Positions 59,924-64,000 of a DNA stretch of 64,000 bases are shown one piece after another (positions within the stretch are counted from its first letter, which is position 1; every line of letters begins with the position of its first letter). Source of the stretch: Chitinophaga pinensis. Its GTDB lineage: Bacteria > Bacteroidota > Bacteroidia > Flavobacteriales_D > Crocinitomicaceae. The notes beneath the pieces were generated by a model, which did no database searches, had not been told where the DNA came from, and saw only the letters and a list, made by a program, of their open reading frames with translations. The stretch lies in assembly GCA_945863605.1 (NCBI GenBank), contig CAMAZP010000001.1, positions 152,272 to 216,271 on the forward strand. Direction: 5' to 3'. The position numbers were made by a program, and so were the translations under genes.

Positions 59924-60033
59924 TAGTTTTTTAATCGAAATTCAAAAGAAACTAAACAATTAAAAGAAATTTTCCTAATAAAGTAATTCCAATTTATAAA
60001 GTTAGTTTTGAGATTAGAAAATATTCAACTTAA

Positions 60034-63000
60034 CTACATATTTCGTCGATACTGCCCTCCAACTTCAAACAAGGCATTCGTAATCTGCCCCAACGAAGCA
60101 TATTTACACGTTTCCATCAATTCTTCAAACATATTGCGATTGTTGACAGCAGCATCTTGAACTTTTTCGATACCAGTTTTTGATAATTCCGCATTACCTG
60201 CTTGCAATTCGTTCAACATCTCTATTTGATATTGTTTTTCTTCTTCGGTTGCACGAATCACTTCTTTTGGCAATACAGTTGGTGAACCTTTTGAACTTAA
60301 GAAGGTGTTCACACCAATAATTGGAAATTCGCCTGTATGTTTCAAGGTCTCGTAATACAGCGATTCTTCTTGAATTTTTGAACGTTGGTACATTGTTTCC
60401 ATTGCTCCTAAAACGCCACCTCTTTCAGTGATACGGTCAAATTCTGATAATACAGCTTCTTCTACTAAATCCGTTAAATCGTCGATTATAAACGAACCTT
60501 GTAATGGATTTTCGTTTTTCGCTAAACCTAATTCGCGATTGATAATCAACTGAATAGCCATTGCGCGACGTACAGATTCTTCTGTTGGTGTCGTAATTGC
60601 CTCATCATAAGCGTTGGTGTGCAAAGAGTTACAGTTATCGTAAATCGCATACAAAGCTTGCAATGTTGTACGAATATCGTTGAAATCGATTTCTTGCGCG
60701 TGTAACGAACGTCCCGAAGTTTGAATATGGTATTTCAACATTTGTGCTCTTGGATTTGCACCATATTTTTTCGCCAACGCTTTAGCCCAAATTCTTCTAG
60801 CTACACGTCCAATCACTGCGTATTCAGGATCGATTCCATTGGAGAAGAAGAACGATAAATTCGGACCAAAATCATTGATGTCCATTCCGCGGCTCAAGTA
60901 ATATTCCACATATGTGAAACCATTTGCCAATGTAAATGCTAATTGTGTAATCGGATTTGCACCTGCTTCTGCAATGTGGTAACCAGAAATTGAAACTGAA
61001 TAGAAGTTTCTGACACCGTTATTAATGAAATATTGTTGTACGTCTCCCATCAAACGCAACGCAAATTCTGTTGAGAAAATACATGTGTTTTGAGCCTGAT
61101 CTTCTTTCAAAATATCTGCTTGAACTGTTCCACGCACTTGTTTCAAAGTTTCTGCTTTGATTTGTGCATAAACGTCAGCTTGTAAAACTTGATCACCTGT
61201 TACACCTAACAACATCAAACCTAAACCGTCATTTCCCTCAGGTAATTCACCTTGGTAACTAGGACGTTTCGTTCCTTTTTGTTTGTAAAGCGCAGTGATT
61301 TTAGCTTCAATTTCAGCTTCTAAACCGTTTGCTTTGATGTATTTCTCACAATTTTGGTCGATGGCTGCATTCATAAAGAAACCTAACAACATCGGCGCTG
61401 GACCATTGATAGTCATTGAAACGGAAGTCGCAGGATGACTTAAATCGAAGCCAGAATATAATTTTTTAGCGTCGTCTAAACAGCAAATAGAAACACCAGA
61501 ATTTCCAATTTTACCATAAATATCGGGACGAATTGCTGGGTCATTTCCGTATAAAGTAACCGAGTCAAAAGCAGTTGAAAGTCGTTTCGCAGGCATTCCT
61601 AAACTCACGTAATGGAAACGTTTGTTTGTTCTTTCCGGACCACCTTCTCCAGCAAACATACGTGTTGGATCTTCACCTTCGCGTTTGAAAGGGAACAAAC
61701 CAGATGTATATGGAAATTCGCCAGGATAATTTTCTTGCAATACCCAACGTAAAATATCACCCCAACTTGAATATTTTGGAGAAGCAACTTTAGGTATTTG
61801 TGAATGAGACAAAGATTCCGTGTGCGTTTGAATACTCAACACTTTATCGCGTACTTTGAACTGGTATTCAGGATTTTTGAACGATTGTTTTTTCTCGTCC
61901 CAATTTTGTAAAATCGCCCAATTTTTCGGGTCGAAATTCAATTTTTCGTTTTCAAATGCTTCTTGTAATCCTTTAATCAATCGGTCTTTATCTTCAATCG
62001 CTGAATTGCTAATCGTTTGAATCGATGTTTGTAATCCGTGTAATTTCTCAGCAACCGACACTTGTTGATTCACCCATTTATCGTAAGAACGATTATTTTC
62101 AGAAATCTCCGATAAATAACGCGTTCTATCAGGTGGAATCACAAAAATCTTCTCCGACATTTCGCGCGTAATTTGGAAGGTAGAATTCAAAGGCGAACCT
62201 GTTTTTTCTACGACTTTATCCATAATTACTTTGTACAACGAATTCATGCCTGGGTCGTTGAATTGTGAAGCGATTGTACCATAAACTGGCATATCGTCCA
62301 CGCTGCTTTCCCATAAATTATGGTTGCGTTGGTATTGTTTTCTTACGTCGCGCAACGCATCCAAAGCGCCACGTTTGTCAAATTTATTTAAAGCGATAAC
62401 GTCGGCAAAATCCAACATGTCGATTTTTTCTAATTGCGTTGCAGCACCGTATTCTGGTGTCATTACATACAATGAAACGTCAGAATGGTCTAAGATTTCA
62501 GTATCCGATTGACCAATCCCAGAAGTTTCCAAAATGATTAAATCGTAATCTGCTGCTTTTAATATACTAATCGCTTCAGCCACGTGTTTGGACAAAGCTA
62601 AATTCGATTGACGTGTAGCCAATGAACGCATGTAAACGCGATCACTTTTAATGGAATTCATTCGGATTCTATCTCCCAACAAAGCTCCACCCGTTTTTCT
62701 TTTCGATGGATCGACAGAAACGACAGCGATTTGTTTATCGGTGAAATCAATTAAAAAGCGACGCACTAATTCATCCACTAAAGATGATTTACCAGAACCG
62801 CCAGTTCCTGTAATACCGAGTACTGGAATCGATTTTGACTCAGCGATTGCTCTCACTTTATTGAGTATTTCTGTATTTTCTTCAGCAAAATTCTCAGCTG
62901 CTGAAATCACGCGCGCAATAGCTGGAACATTTTTAGCTCCTATTAAATCTGGTTCGTTGGTGATATTTGTTCCAACTGGGAAATCACATTTTTGAATCAA

Positions 63001-63414
63001 ATCGTTAATCATTCCTTGTAAACCAAGTGAACGACCATCGTCAGGGTGGTAAATACGTGTAATTCCGTAACCTTGTAATTCTTCTATTTCAGATGGAAGA
63101 ATCGTTCCTCCACCACCACCAAATATCTTAATATGAGGCGCACCTTTTTCTTTCAGTAAATCGTGCATATATTTGAAATACTCAATGTGACCTCCTTGGT
63201 ATGAAGTCATCGCAATTGCTTGCGCATCCTCTTGTATAGCACAATTCACCACTTCTTCCACCGAACGATCGTGACCTAAGTGAATCACTTCACAACCAGT
63301 CGCTTGAATGATTCGACGCATGATATTAATCGCGGCATCGTGACCATCAAAAAGCGAGGCTGCTGTTACAATTCTTATTTTATTTACTGGTTTATAAGGC
63401 GCAACTTGTTCCAT
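60034..63414 (-). CDS. icmF: Fused isobutyryl-CoA mutase (B12-binding domain + MeaB-like GTPase + mutase catalytic domain)
   Basis: N-terminal B12 domain ([14 protein letters not shown]), central P-loop [12 protein letters not shown], and a C-terminal methylmalonyl-CoA-mutase-type barrel. 1126 aa. Confidence 0.85.
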   Translation of the reverse strand: MEQVAPYKPVNKIRIVTAASLFDGHDAAINIMRRIIQATGCEVIHLGHDRSVEEVVNCAIQEDAQAIAMTSYQGGHIEYFKYMHDLLKEKGAPHIKIFGGGGGTILPSEIEELQGYGITRIYHPDDGRSLGLQGMINDLIQKCDFPVGTNITNEPDLIGAKNVPAIARVISAAENFAEENTEILNKVRAIAESKSIPVLGITGTGGSGKSSLVDELVRRFLIDFTDKQIAVVSVDPSKRKTGGALLGDRIRMNSIKSDRVYMRSLATRQSNLALSKHVAEAISILKAADYDLIILETSGIGQSDTEILDHSDVSLYVMTPEYGAATQLEKIDMLDFADVIALNKFDKRGALDALRDVRKQYQRNHNLWESSVDDMPVYGTIASQFNDPGMNSLYKVIMDKVVEKTGSPLNSTFQITREMSEKIFVIPPDRTRYLSEISENNRSYDKWVNQQVSVAEKLHGLQTSIQTISNSAIEDKDRLIKGLQEAFENEKLNFDPKNWAILQNWDEKKQSFKNPEYQFKVRDKVLSIQTHTESLSHSQIPKVASPKYSSWGDILRWVLQENYPGEFPYTSGLFPFKREGEDPTRMFAGEGGPERTNKRFHYVSLGMPAKRLSTAFDSVTLYGNDPAIRPDIYGKIGNSGVSICCLDDAKKLYSGFDLSHPATSVSMTINGPAPMLLGFFMNAAIDQNCEKYIKANGLEAEIEAKITALYKQKGTKRPSYQGELPEGNDGLGLMLLGVTGDQVLQADVYAQIKAETLKQVRGTVQADILKEDQAQNTCIFSTEFALRLMGDVQQYFINNGVRNFYSVSISGYHIAEAGANPITQLAFTLANGFTYVEYYLSRGMDINDFGPNLSFFFSNGIDPEYAVIGRVARRIWAKALAKKYGANPRAQMLKYHIQTSGRSLHAQEIDFNDIRTTLQALYAIYDNCNSLHTNAYDEAITTPTEESVRRAMAIQLIINRELGLAKNENPLQGSFIIDDLTDLVEEAVLSEFDRITERGGVLGAMETMYQRSKIQEESLYYETLKHTGEFPIIGVNTFLSSKGSPTVLPKEVIRATEEEKQYQIEMLNELQAGNAELSKTGIEKVQDAAVNNRNMFEELMETCKYASLGQITNALFEVGGQYRRNM

Positions 63415-63604
63415 ATTGTGTGTACTTTTTTTAAGACCGCTAAAATTAAGAAAAAAGGAGATAGGATAAGAATTGAAAATTTATTCGTTTCAATATTCTC
63501 GTATTTAATTTATGTTAGGTTTTTAATAAATTATTAAGAAAAATTTATGTGTCAAGCATAAATAGTTAAATTTAGTTTTCATAATTAATGGATAAATTCC
63601 AAGA

Positions 63605-64000
63605 ATGAAACCTTATATACTTGCTATTGATGCCGGAACTACAAGTTCGAGAGCATTAGTTTTTGACCATAAAGGCAATCAAATTGCGCTTGCACAATAT
63701 GAATTTAAGCAATATTTCCCCAAAGACTATTGGGTGGAGCATGATCCAATAGAGATTTGGGAAACACAAGTGAAAGCAATTAAAGAGGTTCTATTCAAAG
63801 CAAATATTTCTCCGAATCAGATTGAAGCAATTGGTATTACTAATCAACGTGAAACAACAGTTGTATGGAATAAGATTACCGGTTTGCCTGTTTATAATGC
63901 AATCGTTTGGCAAGACAGAAGAACTGCTGCTTTCTGTGAAGAATTGGTTGCTCAAGGTTATGAAATAAAAATTCAAGAGAAAACAGGTTTAGTGGTTGAT
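63605..64000 (+). CDS. glpK: Glycerol kinase, 3' end outside the window
   Basis: Not in the ORF track because no stop lies in the window. The ATG at 63605 opens [21 protein letters not shown]...[23 protein letters not shown], in frame to the window end. Confidence 0.9.
   Translation, partial: MKPYILAIDAGTTSSRALVFDHKGNQIALAQYEFKQYFPKDYWVEHDPIEIWETQVKAIKEVLFKANISPNQIEAIGITNQRETTVVWNKITGLPVYNAIVWQDRRTAAFCEELVAQGYEIKIQEKTGLVVD

Noticed and set aside
63543-63563. Palindrome ATTTATG-N7-CATAAAT in the icmF/glpK divergent region, as a possible operator.
   Set aside because: Seven-bp all-A/T arms in AT-rich intergenic DNA are expected by chance, and I know no matching regulator motif.
1-64000. Looked for rRNA or tRNA genes, IS elements, integrases, phage genes, toxin-antitoxin pairs, restriction-modification or other defence genes, and DnaA-box clusters.
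   Set aside because: All intergenic regions are short and AT-rich with no tRNA-like G/C-rich segments. No ORF shows transposase, integrase or nuclease motifs. Only an isolated TGTGGATAA occurs, inside a CDS.

Overview
AT-rich (by eye) chromosomal segment that reads as core genome of a Bacteroidota, probably Flavobacteriia-like, organism. Support: type IX secretion parts (PorP/SprF, a PorW/SprE-like lipoprotein, type A and type B C-terminal-domain cargo), type III glutamine synthetase, Bacteroidota-sized ParC/ParE, and TTTG/TAnnTTTG-style promoters. I call 53 protein-coding genes, two cut by the window edges. Packing is very tight: several overlapping stop/start junctions and two head-to-head pairs with only 5-6 bp between start codons. 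I found no rRNA, tRNA, CRISPR array, transposase, integrase or phage gene, and no obvious defence island. Most genes are housekeeping: folP, tpiA, prmA, plsY, clpS, parC/parE, ahcY, hemH, ispE, purC, icmF, glpK. I cannot point to a compact, clearly novel multi-gene system. The best leads are: (1) a 1812-aa envelope protein with a TPR/PD40/CarboxypepD_reg head, a very long coiled coil holding three mosaic 288-bp tandem repeats, and two SPOR-like domains; (2) a 1532-aa motif-less secreted protein wedged between prmA and plsY; (3) a MauE/DoxX membrane domain with a CGC motif fused to a CxxC thioredoxin domain beside folP and an internally duplicated DUF1599 gene; (4) two possibly paralogous outer-membrane proteins flanking an HTH regulator; (5) a bactofilin/AtpZ-like gene tail downstream of the PorW/SprE-like gene with no ATP synthase structural genes; (6) a direct-repeat plus palindrome element in front of an orphan AAA ATPase gene. 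All family assignments come from motif recognition by eye and need HMM or BLAST confirmation.
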